Positions 52,357 to 64,000 of a stretch of DNA of 64,000 nt are shown in pieces. The notes under the pieces were generated by a model. It worked only from the letters and a program-made list of their open reading frames with translations. It searched no databases and was not told where the DNA came from. The position numbers were made by a program, and so were the translations under genes. Location: the NCBI RefSeq assembly GCF_018350175.1, contig NC_058368.1, forward strand, positions 10,664,001 to 10,728,000, read 5' to 3'. Positions within the stretch are counted from its first letter, which is position 1. The number at the start of each line of letters is the position of its first letter. This DNA comes from Felis catus (lineage: Eukaryota).

Positions 52357-54787
52357 AAATAAAACAAAATAAAGAAAAAGCCAAACAATAATATAGAAAC
52401 TCACCAATCACAGTGAAAGAGCAAGAGAAGAATAAAGGAACAGAGATGAACTACAAAAACAATCAGAAACAATTAACCAAATGGTGATAAATAATACCTA
52501 TCTATAAATGATGCCTATAAATAAATAATACCTACCAAAAATTACTTTAAATATAAAATGTCTAAATGCCCGAATCTAAAGACATAGGATGACAGAATAG
52601 ATTAAAAAAAGAAAAAAAAGACCCATCAGTATGCTGCCTACAAGAGCCTCACTTCAGACCTAAAGACACATACAGACTGAAAGTGAAAGGATGGAAAAAG
52701 ATATTCCATGAAAATGGAAGTGAAAAAAAACCCAGCATAGCAATACTTATATCAGAAAAAAAAAAGACTTTAAAACAAAGAGTGTAACAAAAGACAAAGA
52801 AGGGTATTACAAAATTATAATGGGACCAATCCAACAAAAGGATTATAAATATCTATGCATCCAACATCAGAGCAATTAAATACAAAAACAAATATTAACA
52901 AATATAAAGGAAGAAAGTGACCATAATATAATACATCCCACTTACAGCAATAGATAATCTAGGCAGAAAATCAATGAGGAGTGTTTTTGAATGATACATT
53001 TCACAGATGGAGATAACAGATATATACAGAACATTTCATACAAAAAGGACAGAATACAAACCATTTTCAAGGGCACATAAAACATTCCCATGGGTAGAGC
53101 ACATGTTAGAACACAAACAAATCTCAATACATTTAAGAAAACTGAATTATCAAGTATCTTTTCCAATGACAACAGTGTGAAACTAGAAATGAATCATAAG
53201 ATAAAAACCCACAAGTATGTGAAGTTTGAATAACATGTTACTAAATAACCAATGAGTCAGCAAAGATCTCAAAAAAGAAATTTAAAAAATACATTGAAAC
53301 AAATGAAAATGAAAATAACTCTAAAATATTTGGGATGCAGCAAAAGCAGGTCTAAAAGAGAAATTCAGAGCAATACTGGCCTACCTCAAGAAACAAGAAA
53401 ACTGAAATTAACAATCTAAACTTACACCTAAATGAACCATAAAAACAAGAAAAAACAAAGCCCAACATGAGTGCAAGGAAGGAATAATAAATAAATGAAA
53501 TGAATGAAATAGAGACTAAAAACAATGGAAAAGATCAATGAAACTAAGAGCTTGTTCTTTGAAAAAATAAGGAAAATTAATAAATCCTTAGCCAGATTCA
53601 TTAAGAAAAAAGAGAACCCAAATAAACAAAATCAGAAACAAAAAAGAATAATTGAAATTACAGAAATACAAAAGCCTATAAAAGAATAGTATGAAAAATT
53701 ATATACCAACAAATTAGAAAGCCAAGAGGAAATGGATAAATTCCTACAAACATATAATCGTCCAAAACTGAACCCAGAAGAAATAGAAAATCTGAACAGA
53801 TCAATCACTAGTAACAAAATTGAAATGGTAATCAAAAAACTTCCAACACACAAAAGTCCAGAACCAGATCTATTCACAGGTGAATTCTACCAAACATTTA
53901 AGAAAGAATACCTATTCTTCTCAGAGAAGATTTAGTATCTATTATAAAAAATAGAAGAAGAAGAAAAGCTTGTAAATACATTCTGTGAGACCAGCATTAC
54001 CTTGAAACCAAAACCAGACAAAGATATTACAAGAAAAGAAAACTACAGACAAATATCCCTGATGAACATAGATGCACAAATCCTCAACAAAATATTAGGA
54101 ACCCACATTCAGCAAAACATTAAAAGGATCATTCATCATGATCAAGCAGGATTTATTCTGGGGAAGCAAGGATGGTTCAATATTTGCAAATCAATATGAC
54201 ACATCACATTAACGAAACAAATAATAAAAATCATATGATCATCCCAATAGGTGCAGAAAAGTCACTCAACAATATTCAATTAATGTTTATAATAAAATCT
54301 CTCAACAAAGTGAGTTTAGAGGGAACACACTTCAACCTAATGAAGATCCATATATGAAAAACTAGCAGCTAACATCATATTTGTAAATAACAGAGAGCTT
54401 CTCCTCTAAGATCAGGAACAAGACAAGTATGTCAATTCTTGCCACTTTTATTCAATATAGTACTGGAAGTCCTAGCCACAGCACTCAGACAAGAAAAAAA
54501 AAATAAAAACCATTCAGACTGGTAAGGAAGAAGTTAAACTGTCACTATTCACAGATGACATGATACTATACACAAAAAATCCTAAAGACTCCATCAAAAG
54601 ACCAGCAGAAATAATAAGTTAATTCAGCAGAGCTTCAGGATGCAAAATTAATACACAGAAATCAGTTATGTTTCTATATACCAACAACAAAGTAACAGAA
54701 GGAGAAATTAAAATACCATTACAATTATACCAAAAAGAATAACATACCTAGGAATAAACTTAACCAAGGAGGTGAAAGATCTGCATT

Positions 54788-55237
54788 ATTTTTTAAGTTG
54801 ATTTATTAATTTTTTTTTTTAATTTTTTTTTTCAACGTTTATTTATTTTTGGGACAGACAGAGACAGAGCATGAACGGGTGAGGGGCAGAGAGAGAGGGA
54901 GACACAGAATCGGAAACAGGCTCCAGGCTCCGAGCCATCAGCCCAGAGCCCGACGCGGGGCTCGAACTCACTCACGGACCGCGAGATCGTGACCTGGCTG
55001 AAGTCGGATGCTTAACCGACTGCGCCACCCAGGCGCCCCAAGTTGATTTATTTTTATTTGGGGGGGGGCAGAGAGACAGAGAGAGAGAGGGAGAATCCCA
55101 AGCAGACTCCATGTTGATAACATGTTATCAACATGGAGCCTGATGAGGGAGGGGCTCACTTCCATGAACCATGACATCATGACCTGAGCTGAAATCAAGA
55201 GTTGGATGCTTAACTGACTGAATCACCCAGTGCCCCC
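54788..55237 (-). mobile_element. Older CAN-SINE carrying a younger SINE in its tail
   Basis: Outer TSD AAAGATCTGCATT at 54775 and 55238. Confidence 0.93.
54808..55039 (-). mobile_element. Young CAN-SINE nested in the older SINE's tail
   Basis: Inner TSD AAGTTGATTTATT at 54795 and 55040. Confidence 0.95.
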
Positions 55238-56674
55238 AAAGATCTGCATTCTGAAAACTATAAAACACTGATGCAAGAAATTGAAGAAGACACAAACAAA
55301 TGGAAAGGTATTCCTTGCTCAGGGATTGGAAGAATTAATACTGTTAAAATGTCCATACTACCCAAAGTAATCTATAGATTCAATGTAAACCATATCAAAA
55401 TACCAAAAACATTTTTCACAGAAATATAAACAATAATATTAAAATTTGTATGAAACCACAAAAGACCCTGAACACTCACAGCAATCTTGAGAAAGAAGAA
55501 AAAAACTGGAAGTATTACAATTCCAGATTCCAAGATACACTACAGTGTGGTACTGGTACAAAATAAACACATAGATCAATGGGGAAAAAAATAGAGTGCT
55601 CAGAAATAAACCCATGCATATATGGGCAGTTAATCTATGACAAAAGAGGCAAGGATATAAAACATGGAAAATAGAGTTTCTTCAGTAAACGGTGTTGGGA
55701 AAACTGGACAACTACATTCAGAAAATGAAACTGGACCACTTTCTCAGACTATATACAAAAATAAACTCAAAATGGATTAAAGACCTAAATGTGAGACCTG
55801 AAACTGTAAGAATTCTAGAAGAAAACATAGGCAGTATTTTTTTTTATTATCGACTGTAGAAATATTTTTCTAGATGTCTCCTCAGGCAAGGGAAACAGAA
55901 AAAAATATTGGGACTGTATCAAAATAAAAACTTTTGCACAGTGATGGAAAATATCAACAAAATGAACAAACAATCTACAGAATAGAAGAACATATTTGCA
56001 AATGTTGTATTTGATAAGGGGTTAATGCCCAAAATATAAGACTTTACAGAGCTCAACATTACAAACAAACAAAAAAATCCCCAAACAATCCAATGAAAAA
56101 ATGAGCAGAGTACCTAAATAAACATCTTCCCAAAGAAGACTTACAGATGGCCAACAGGTACATGAAAAGATGCTCAACACTAATCCACTAATCATCAGGG
56201 AAATGCAAATAAAAACCACAACGAGATATCACTTTACACCTAGCAGAATGGTTAAAATAAAAGACAAGAAATAACAAGTGTTGGCAAGCACATGGAGAAA
56301 AAGGAACCCTTCTGCACTGTTGGTGGGAACGTAAATTGATGCAGCCAATGCGGAAATAGCACGGTGTTGCCTCAAAAGACTTAAAAACACTGTATTATCC
56401 AGTAATTCCACTACTGGAATTTACCCAGAGAAAACAAAAACACTAATTTGGAGAGATATATGCACCCCAATGTTTCTTGTGGCATTATTTACAATATCTA
56501 AGACATGGAAGCAACCTAAGTGTCCATCAAGGTAGATGAAGGTCAAGAAGAGGTAGTATGTATACACAGTGGAATACTACTTGGCCATAAAAAACAATGA
56601 GAGCTTGCCATTTGTAATGGTGTAGATGGACCTAGAGGGTATTAAGTGAAATAAGTCAGACAATCAAAGACAAC

Positions 56675-56845
56675 TATTATATTTTTAAAAATATTAAATA
56701 ATGTTAATTACAAATTAAATTTTAATTAATTTATATTAAATGATATATATCATAATTTATATATTAAATTATATTAAATATAAATTAATATAAATTAAAT
56801 AAATATTAAATAATATTAAATAAGTATTATATTTAAATAAATACT
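56675..56845. repeat. Extremely AT-rich low-complexity expansion
   Basis: ~170 bp of ATATTAAAT-like motifs with only a handful of G/C. Confidence 0.9.
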
Positions 56846-57837
56846 ACATGTGAAGTCTAAAAAGCGAAACAAATTAATAAACAAAAACCAAACTTACTTA
56901 TTTTAAGTTTTCATAACAAGACTTTTAGGCATCTGGAAAATCTAATTACACTGAACATATGGTAGAGAAATAAGATACTAGACAAATTATGTTTTCTGTG
57001 GCATGAAAGGATGGTTTCCATAAAACAGTACAAGGAACTGACAAATTTACCTGAATTTCTTCACTCACAAATGAGTATGTTGCTGAAAGCTTAAAAGAAA
57101 GTCCCAGTGTGAGGAGCAGAAAAAGAAAAAGAATGTAGAAAAATGAACAAAACCCAACAGACCTTTGAGACACCATCAATTATAACATAGACAAAATAGA
57201 AGCTTGGGAGAGAGAAAAGACGGGAAAGGGGCAGAAAGAACATTTGAAGAAACATGGATTAAAATCTTCACAAATGTGATAAAAATATATGAATCTACGT
57301 ATTCAAGAGCCTGGACAAATTACAGAGGATGAATGCAAAGACCACCACACTTAGACACACTATAATCAAATTGTTGAAAGACAAAGACAGAAAGACACTA
57401 TTCCCAAACCATAGGACAGACTTCTCATAGGCAGAGTCTGTAGTCCTACAAACGTGTCATCAGAAACCATGGAGGCCAGAAGAGAATAACACGACATTGT
57501 TGAAGGGCCGAAGAAAAAAACCCAAAAAACAAACAACAATAACAACAAAAAACAACAAAACTAAGAATCCTCTGTCAGAACCGTCTTTTAAAAAAGAAGG
57601 AGAAAACGAAGACATTCTTGGATAAGTGAAAGCGGAGCGAATTCACTGTTCTTGGACAGGCCCGGCAAGAAATGCTGAAGGAAATCCTTCAGTAAAAATG
57701 AAAAGAACCAGATATAACTTGGAGCCTTACAAAGAAATAAAGGAATCGAGTAAAGGTAACTACATAATTAAATACAAAAGCTAGCCATCTTGAATTTTCA
57801 TTTTGTAACTACTTTTCTTAGTTATCCATATGATTTT

Positions 57838-57876
57838 TTTTTAATTTTGAGAGAGAGGGAGCCAGCGGGGGAGAGG

Positions 57877-57914
<38 letters not shown>

Positions 57915-58058
57915 CTTAAACAATCTCCACACTCAAGCATGGAGCCTGTTGTGGGACTTGATCTCACGACCCTGAGATCATGATCTGAGCTACAAACCAA
58001 GAGTCAATTGCTTAATTGTCTGTCAGTCACTTAATTGACTGAGCCACCCAGGCACCCC
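57838..58058 (-). mobile_element. CAN-SINE (older) with (GA)n
   Basis: TSD TCCATATGATTTT at 57825 and 58059. Confidence 0.92.
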
Positions 58059-58099
58059 TCCATATGATTTTAAAAATAGATGTAAAACCAATCATTATG

Positions 58100-58192
58100 A
58101 AAGTGGGGTGTGAGAATCTGCCTTTCTATCAAGTTCCCAGGGAATGCTGAGGCTGCTGGTCCAGGGACCACACTTTGCGAACAGCTACTCTA
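58100..58192. mobile_element. MER5A-like MITE fragment
   Basis: GAATCTGCCTTTCT...AAGTTCCCAGG...GCTGCTGGTCCAGGGACCACACTTTG. Confidence 0.75.
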
Positions 58193-58323
58193 TGGGATGC
58201 TTCTTTGGCAGAATGGAAGTGGGTTCTAGTTCAGATCAGTGATTTGCCTTCCGACTCCAGAACTTGGTATCTGTGTAATTATAATCATCCCAGACACCCA
58301 CTCTAGATGCAAACCTGGCAAAG

Positions 58324-58324
<1 letters not shown>

Positions 58325-58357
<33 letters not shown>

Positions 58358-58358
58358 C
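58325..58358. repeat. (CAA)n microsatellite
   Basis: Direct reading. Confidence 0.95.
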
Positions 58359-58489
58359 CAAAAATCAAACAAAAAAACGTCACATTTCACCTTCAATTTA
58401 GGATTGGCCACCATACATCTCTTATTTTCTGTTCTCAAATATTATTGCTAATTAATAGTTAAAGTATGACTTATTAATACTCATTAACT

Positions 58490-58835
58490 GCATATGGCAG
58501 TGCAGCATTTTCGTTTTTACTGCAAACGGTTCTTTTGCCCCCCTTTAAATCCTTGTAATGCTACTCCCACCCAATATCTTTACCAACGCACCCCTAAAGA
58601 AAGGAAAGCTTTCCTGCTCTTGCGAAACTATCCCTTTCCTGTAAAGCCTGTGGCTTCTGTCCTCAGTGGCATCGAGGCGTCACAAATAGCACAACTGGGG
58701 CTGCTGCGTTACTCTGTGATAATTTATTGCAGCTTTTCTGGTCACTACACTTTTGCTAACTCCCCCACTCACTCTTGACACTTCCTTCCACCGACTCTCG
58801 TTAGTTTTTCCTCTCTTTCCTGAGAAATGGTAAGT
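58490..58835 (+). promoter_or_regulatory. Candidate promoter/first exon ending at a consensus splice donor
   Basis: Repeat-free, locally CpG-retaining; GAGAAATG|GTAAGT at 58822-58835; CCAAT at 58571. Confidence 0.3.
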
Positions 58836-59094
58836 CATCTCAAGAAGATTTATTGGCCTGAACTCCGCATGTTGCAAGACCTGCCTCTGGAAATCGCAGA
58901 GCTGTAGCTTGCCGAGTGTTTTATTCAAGGAGAATATTCCTTTTGTTTGGTGAATACTTGGCTTGTATTAGGAGCAGATTGACTACAAAGTGACTTCAGG
59001 GCTATCCATCTACACTTGTGCGTGGCCAATTTCTGCCTTTAAATCTAATGATGTCTGCTACATATTGCATGGTCTAGCAAACAGGTAATATATA

Positions 59095-59282
59095 CCAAAC
59101 ATTGGCTATGTGCAACCATCTGTGCTGAGTGCCTTACAAAGCCTACATACTTAATCCTAATAATTACCCTACCAGGTGGGTACTAATATCGTGTCTATTT
59201 TGCGTATGAAGAAATTAAGGTGTAGAAAGATGAAGTAACCAAGGTCACACAACTAAACAGTAGAGAGAGGTTTAAAACCCCA
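59095..59282 (-). mobile_element. MIR SINE
   Basis: TGTGCTGAGTGCCTTACA...TTAATCCT...ATTTTGCGTATGAAGAAATTAAGG...AAGTAACCAAGGTCACACA. Confidence 0.8.
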
Positions 59283-60244
59283 TGACAACTTAAATACATT
59301 TTCCTGCAGAATACTCAATTGCTTCCCATTTATTTGCTGGCCTGTTTGTCACCAAATTCGCACAGTCACTAACCACACACCGACTCCAAAGCCCAGAGTG
59401 TGTTCAAGCTGTCTTCTCTTTCCGTTTTTATTTCTATGCCTATGTTTAGGGAAAGGACTTTTACATCCACCCAGTTGTGGATGGGGAACACGATTCGACA
59501 CATTTTGGCTCTCCTGGGACCATTAAAATTCTATCCCCCTCCTTTCCCCTGATTCTCTCTGGAGGTTTCATTTGGCCATGACAACAGAATTGCCAGTTTC
59601 AATTTTTCTGCCTTCAAAATTTCTTCCAGTCTCCATGGGCCAATGGCCTTTGATTTTCTACTCTTGGAAGTTTCTGTCAGACAAGGCTGTCTGCTGTTGC
59701 CTTTCTATAGGGGGAGGAGAGGAAATCCATCCCGATTGTTCAGAAGGGACTTTAATGAGTTTCAAATCCAAGTTGAAGTTATTCGTTTTTCCTTGGCAAA
59801 ATTCCATGTTAGTGGGAGGCAGGTATAGGAGGAAGCAGCCCAGGCCTCCCATTTTTGTTGTTTGTTCTGTTTCCCAGAGATCCAGTTTCATGTTTTGAAA
59901 ACTTTAGCAGTAAAATCAAATTTACCAGGAAAGACAACACCCTGAAAACAAAAGAGCTAGGGGTAAGCAGATAGCTTTCTTTGCGATGGGGTTTTACCAA
60001 CTTTTCTTGATTATGTTTGATTTCAACTTTTAAAAGCCCCCATGGATTGCTGTGTTTATTTTCCAAGTTTCCATTTCTAACATATGACCCTCATTTGGGG
60101 GAAAAATAAGAATCATTTCTTGCTCCTTGGAGCAAACTCCTTTCTACTACGACAGAAGTGAGGAAAAAAAGGCCCATGCTCATGATCAAAACTGAGAACA
60201 CGCATCAAATAATGCTATCTGGTATTAGATTGTATTCCCCAATT

Positions 60245-60870
60245 TTTTAAAACTCTTTATTGTAGTATAATACACATAGAAAAAGGTACAAAATATGAAC
60301 CCGTGTCTTAATGAAACATCTGTGTGCTCACCAAGAAAGAGAACAGCCAATCATCCTTAGGTCCCTCCCACTTGCCATCCTTCCCCTTGTTCCCAAAGGT
60401 AATCACTATCCTGACTCTGCTGATATAATTCAGTTTTGTTTTCGAACTATATATACACTGAATCTTACAATATGCGTTTTTTTGCTGTCTGATTTCTTTC
60501 ACTCAATGGCATGTTTGTGAGATATATCCATGTTGTATGTTGCAGTAATTCATTCATTTTCAGTCCCGCATACAATTTTGTTGATGATTATGCATACTTT
60601 ACTTATCCAACCTAACATTGAACGATATTAGGGTTGTTTCCTGTTCAGGACTCATACTACAATATTCTTATACATGTTCTTGGTGCATACATATGTGCAT
60701 TACTGCAGGATATATACCACAAGTGGACTGGCTAGGTTAGAGAGAATCTGTGCATACAACTTTATTAAATAAAACACAACTTTTCCAAAATGGCCAGACC
60801 AATTTATACTCCCACCAGTAGCAAAGGTTCCTGTTATTCTACCGATTTGCCAACACTTAGTATTTTTGTT
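60245..60870 (-). mobile_element. Ancient L1ME-type 3' fragment
   Basis: GGTAATCACTATCCTGACT, TTCTTTCACTCAA...GTTTGTGAGAT and ACCAATTTATACTCCCACCAG antisense L1 motifs. Confidence 0.8.
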
Positions 60871-61959
60871 CCCAGATGTTTGAAGGGATCCTTCCCTTTA
60901 ATGCCAAACTAACATTTATTGAGGCTCCATTTTGTATTGGGGAGTTTCTTCCCAATAATTTCAGAAACTCTCCAGAGAATGCTTACACGTCTTATAGATC
61001 TCTTATGGTTGTCAACTTGACCAGCATATATCTTCTTTTAGACCATTCCTTCACTCCCTGCAGGTCACTTCTTGCCATCATACATCCTCAAGGCCCTTTT
61101 GAGGAAATGTAGTGAAAGACACTATTCCAGTGGGGAACTTGGTGAGGATCTTACAAGAAAGAGGTTTACGGCATAAGAAATGAGTGATGGATTCTAAAAG
61201 CTGTGATACTCATCCATATTAAAAAGTAACTGGAGTACAGGTGAGTGGAACCAATTTTAGGTTAACACTAGAGGTGTAAGAATCTTCCAGGTAATTTACC
61301 TGGGACCTCTGCTTTACACCATGATGCTTACTTCCTTTGACTCAACTAGGCTTTCCTAGTTCTCCTGGTTGATGGGCAATTCCTTTTGTCAATGTTGCCA
61401 TTAAATTTGGTTAAGAGGGACCCCAGTCTTGGGCCTGGTCCTCCTGTTCTTGACTTCTTCAGGCTGTACTTCATCCCATAAGGCAAGGAGTGCTCAGAGT
61501 CAAGGAAACACAGACTCCTTCTGCAACATGCTTCAGGTACATAGCACCTCAGGATCTCCCGTCCAAACAGCCCAAAGCCCACTTTAAAAAAATGTGTGCG
61601 CTTCATAACTGGGCCTGTCTCTCTGAGGCAGACAATTACCTGGATGTAAAACCATAAGTCCAGACAGCTGAGGAATGGGTGACTACAAGGTCGGTGGATG
61701 ATGTGAGGATACGAGAGCTGGGTTGACCCCAGGCACGTGTACAAGTCTCTTCATCCTTCTGAATTGAGCTGGGGGTTAGGGGAGAGAGGGAACTATTGGG
61801 AAGCAAGAGCTGGACCAGCTCTCTCTCTGTGCCACCATATGGTAGTGTAGAACTCTGAGGAGTTTGAGAATTTTGAAGTCAAATCTAGCCTTCCAAGTTG
61901 TTAGGAAGGCACATTTGTCAAGGTAGGAGAATAAAACATCTTTCTTTTAATAGTTTGTT

Positions 61960-62053
61960 CAAGGATTTATTACAACCTTTAAGTACTTAGACACATGTGA
62001 GGGCCTACATTTGTACCCTGGTTCTGGGCCCTACAAATGTTAATGAGGTCTTG
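61960..62053. mobile_element. hAT-Tip100 (MER115/Zaphod-like) terminal fragment
   Basis: GGGCCTACATTTGTAC...CTGGGCCCTACAAATGTTA resembles the recalled terminus. Confidence 0.4.
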
Positions 62054-63240
62054 CTTCGTATTTCAACCTCTATACCTCAGTTTCCTGCTCCAGCTTGATT
62101 CTGGCTTCCGGCTCCCAGCTCCGGAATCCTCTACTTAATGCCTAGTTGATATTCATTAATTCTTGGTAATGTCCTCAAGCCCCTCTACCGCTGACTTTGC
62201 TTCTTAACTCTTTCTTACATATATGGCAGCTGAAATTGTCACCGGGCACCTCAAGTTCTATGTGTTCTGCCATATACCTTGATTAATACTGAAGAATATC
62301 GTTTCTTTTTTCCCCCCTCCACCTAATCACCAAAAAAGTTTTTATGGGCTTTCTAATTAGTCAAAGAAACATCTACAAGATGAAGCATTGTAAGATCAAG
62401 AGCTATCCATCTCTTTAATGACCTGGATGGGCCAAGAGAAAACAAACCCCGTTATCAAGAGTCTTTCCCAGATAACACATCACAACAAATACTTTAAAGT
62501 TAAGTTTTCATTACTTGGTGCATCTGAAAGTTGGAGAAAATCCCTGGGTTGATTTGCAGGGAGACGGAAGCTTAAGGGAAAATGCTGAACATTACATAAA
62601 AGAAATTTGGGCTCAACAATCTAATCTCACCGCAAATAAGTAATTTCCCACTAGCTCTGGGCACCTGAAATAATAGAAAATACTGAAGAAAGAATCAGAA
62701 AAATGATTTAACATATATATATTAATTTTCTCCTTTAAAAGTTTGAAGGATTATTAAGATTAAACTATTTTCATGCTAATGGCAGGATTCATGTTCATGA
62801 GAGAACAGTGTTAAACATCTTGATGACTTTCTCCACTGAGGAAGAAGAATGTGGTCTGAATAGGTTAGGGAAAAAAGTGGAGAGGTGGGTGTGGGATTTT
62901 TGAAGTTCCAGAAGCAGTCTGGGAAGGAAGAAATGGAAGTCAAGCTGGGAGGCAGATCAAGGACTGAGGATGAGTAGCAGCCAGCAAGAAATCCCCTGAG
63001 GTGGGAAGGGAGAGAATATCAGCAGTGCTGAGAGGGATCGGAGACTAAGATTTAACTGCAAATTTTCTCCTATGCTTTGCAATATTATTCTCCTGTTCTT
63101 CCCTCTAGAAACTTTTGAATAAAATATTTCTACAGGAAACTGTTTGGTATAAGTAATCTTTGTGGGAATCAAGAGTGAGAAACCATGCATATTTATAATA
63201 TAAGGTGAGAAGCAAATATCAATCATAAGAGAGAAACACA

Positions 63241-63428
63241 GGGCACCTGGGTGGCTCAGTCGTTTAAGCCCTTGATTTCAGCTCAGGTCACGATCTCAGA
63301 GTTGGTGGGATTGAGCCCCATGTCTGTCTCTGTGCTGGCAGGGTGGAGCCTGCTTGGGATTCTCCCTTTCTCTCTCTCTGTCCCTCTCCTGCTTGTGCAT
63401 TCTCTCTTTCTCAAAATAAATAAATAAA
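63241..63428 (+). mobile_element. CAN-SINE (older)
   Basis: GGGCACCTGGGTGGCTCAGTCG head, (CT)n, AAAATAAATAAATAAA; partial TSD AAGAGAGA. Confidence 0.9.
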
Positions 63429-64000
63429 CCAAGAGAGAGGGGAGGGGGGGGGACCACAAATGAAATGGAAAATTCTACAGAGGCAAGAAATAAGGTCTGA
63501 CTTAGAGAAACATAATCTCCTTGAGAATCCCTGGAAACACTGGTGGCAATGCTCTGTTTCCCATCATTTGTGGGACAAGTGCCAAGCTATCTAAGTATGC
63601 ATGCTGAAGGGAAGATGATTCTGCAAGGCTGGAGGATTTGGGGACATCACATGATGGTACCTAGGCCATTCTTACAAGTTCAAGCTGTCTATAATCTGCA
63701 GATTTTTATGGAGACAGTACATATAGAATTAATTAGAAATTATTAATTATTGAGTAACGGATATGATGTATTTATATGGGCATTAGTCAAAAGGTGTTGT
63801 ACATTTTCTCTCTTCTCAGCATCACACCTGTGCCGTGAGAAACACAAGAGACATGCCAGAGACTGTTCCTGCTGCACAGGAGGTAAAAAAAAAATCATTC
63901 AGTCACAGGAAGCATTAAGAGGACTGGGCGCTCAGTCATGGGCTGTAAAGGTCATGGGAATTCAAAGAAAGAAAAGATCAGCTGAGATGCAAACATCCAG

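Larger units (their letters stand above)
49683..56895 (+). mobile_element. L1 #4: near-full-length decayed L1 lacking most of its 3'UTR
   Basis: CCCAAGATGGC start; ORF1 relic 51210-52100; EN relic (TGCTGCCTACAAGAG); ORFs 53732-53935 and 54002-54199 ([20 protein letters not shown]...HHDQAGFI); ACAGATGACATG at ~54551. Confidence 0.9.
49135..57830 (+). mobile_element. Old L1M 5'/ORF1 relic split by L1 #4 (pieces ~49135-49682 and ~57100-57830)
   Basis: ORF1 coiled-coil region ends ...CTTGAAGATAAGTC...TCCCAG at 49678 and continues TCCCAGTGTGAGGAGCAGAAAAAG...GAGACACCATCAA at 57102. Confidence 0.6.

Noticed and set aside
24830..56895. An active, autonomous L1
   Set aside because: Every ORF1/ORF2 copy is broken by stops, frameshifts, deletions or SINE insertions.

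Overview
Eukaryotic (mammalian, carnivore, very probably felid/cat) non-coding DNA, AT-rich and dominated by transposable-element relics. There are about 23 tRNA-derived CAN-SINEs (SINEC type), most with readable target-site duplications (TSDs). From ~24.8 to ~57.8 kb lies a nearly continuous, same-strand stack of LINE-1 copies: three near-full-length decayed elements, a 5'-truncated L1 nested two levels deep, and older L1M pieces. The rest includes solo LTRs (MaLR MLT1, MLT2, MER74-like and two copies of one ERV LTR family), MIR/L2/L3 relics, hAT MITEs (MER5, MER97-like) and microsatellites. I recognise no intact host protein-coding gene, rRNA, tRNA gene or CRISPR array; the only long ORF (292 aa) is an L1 ORF2 C-terminus. 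I found no evidence for a new biological system. The most interesting items are mechanistic footprints (nested L1s, an L1 insertion with target deletion, twin-priming inversion, repeated insertion into one TSD, a perfect palindrome made from a SINE quasi-palindrome), a candidate promoter/first exon near 58.5-58.9 kb, and an unexplained coding-like relic at 12.6-13.1 kb. Family names come from recalled consensus motifs, not database searches, and old-repeat boundaries are approximate.
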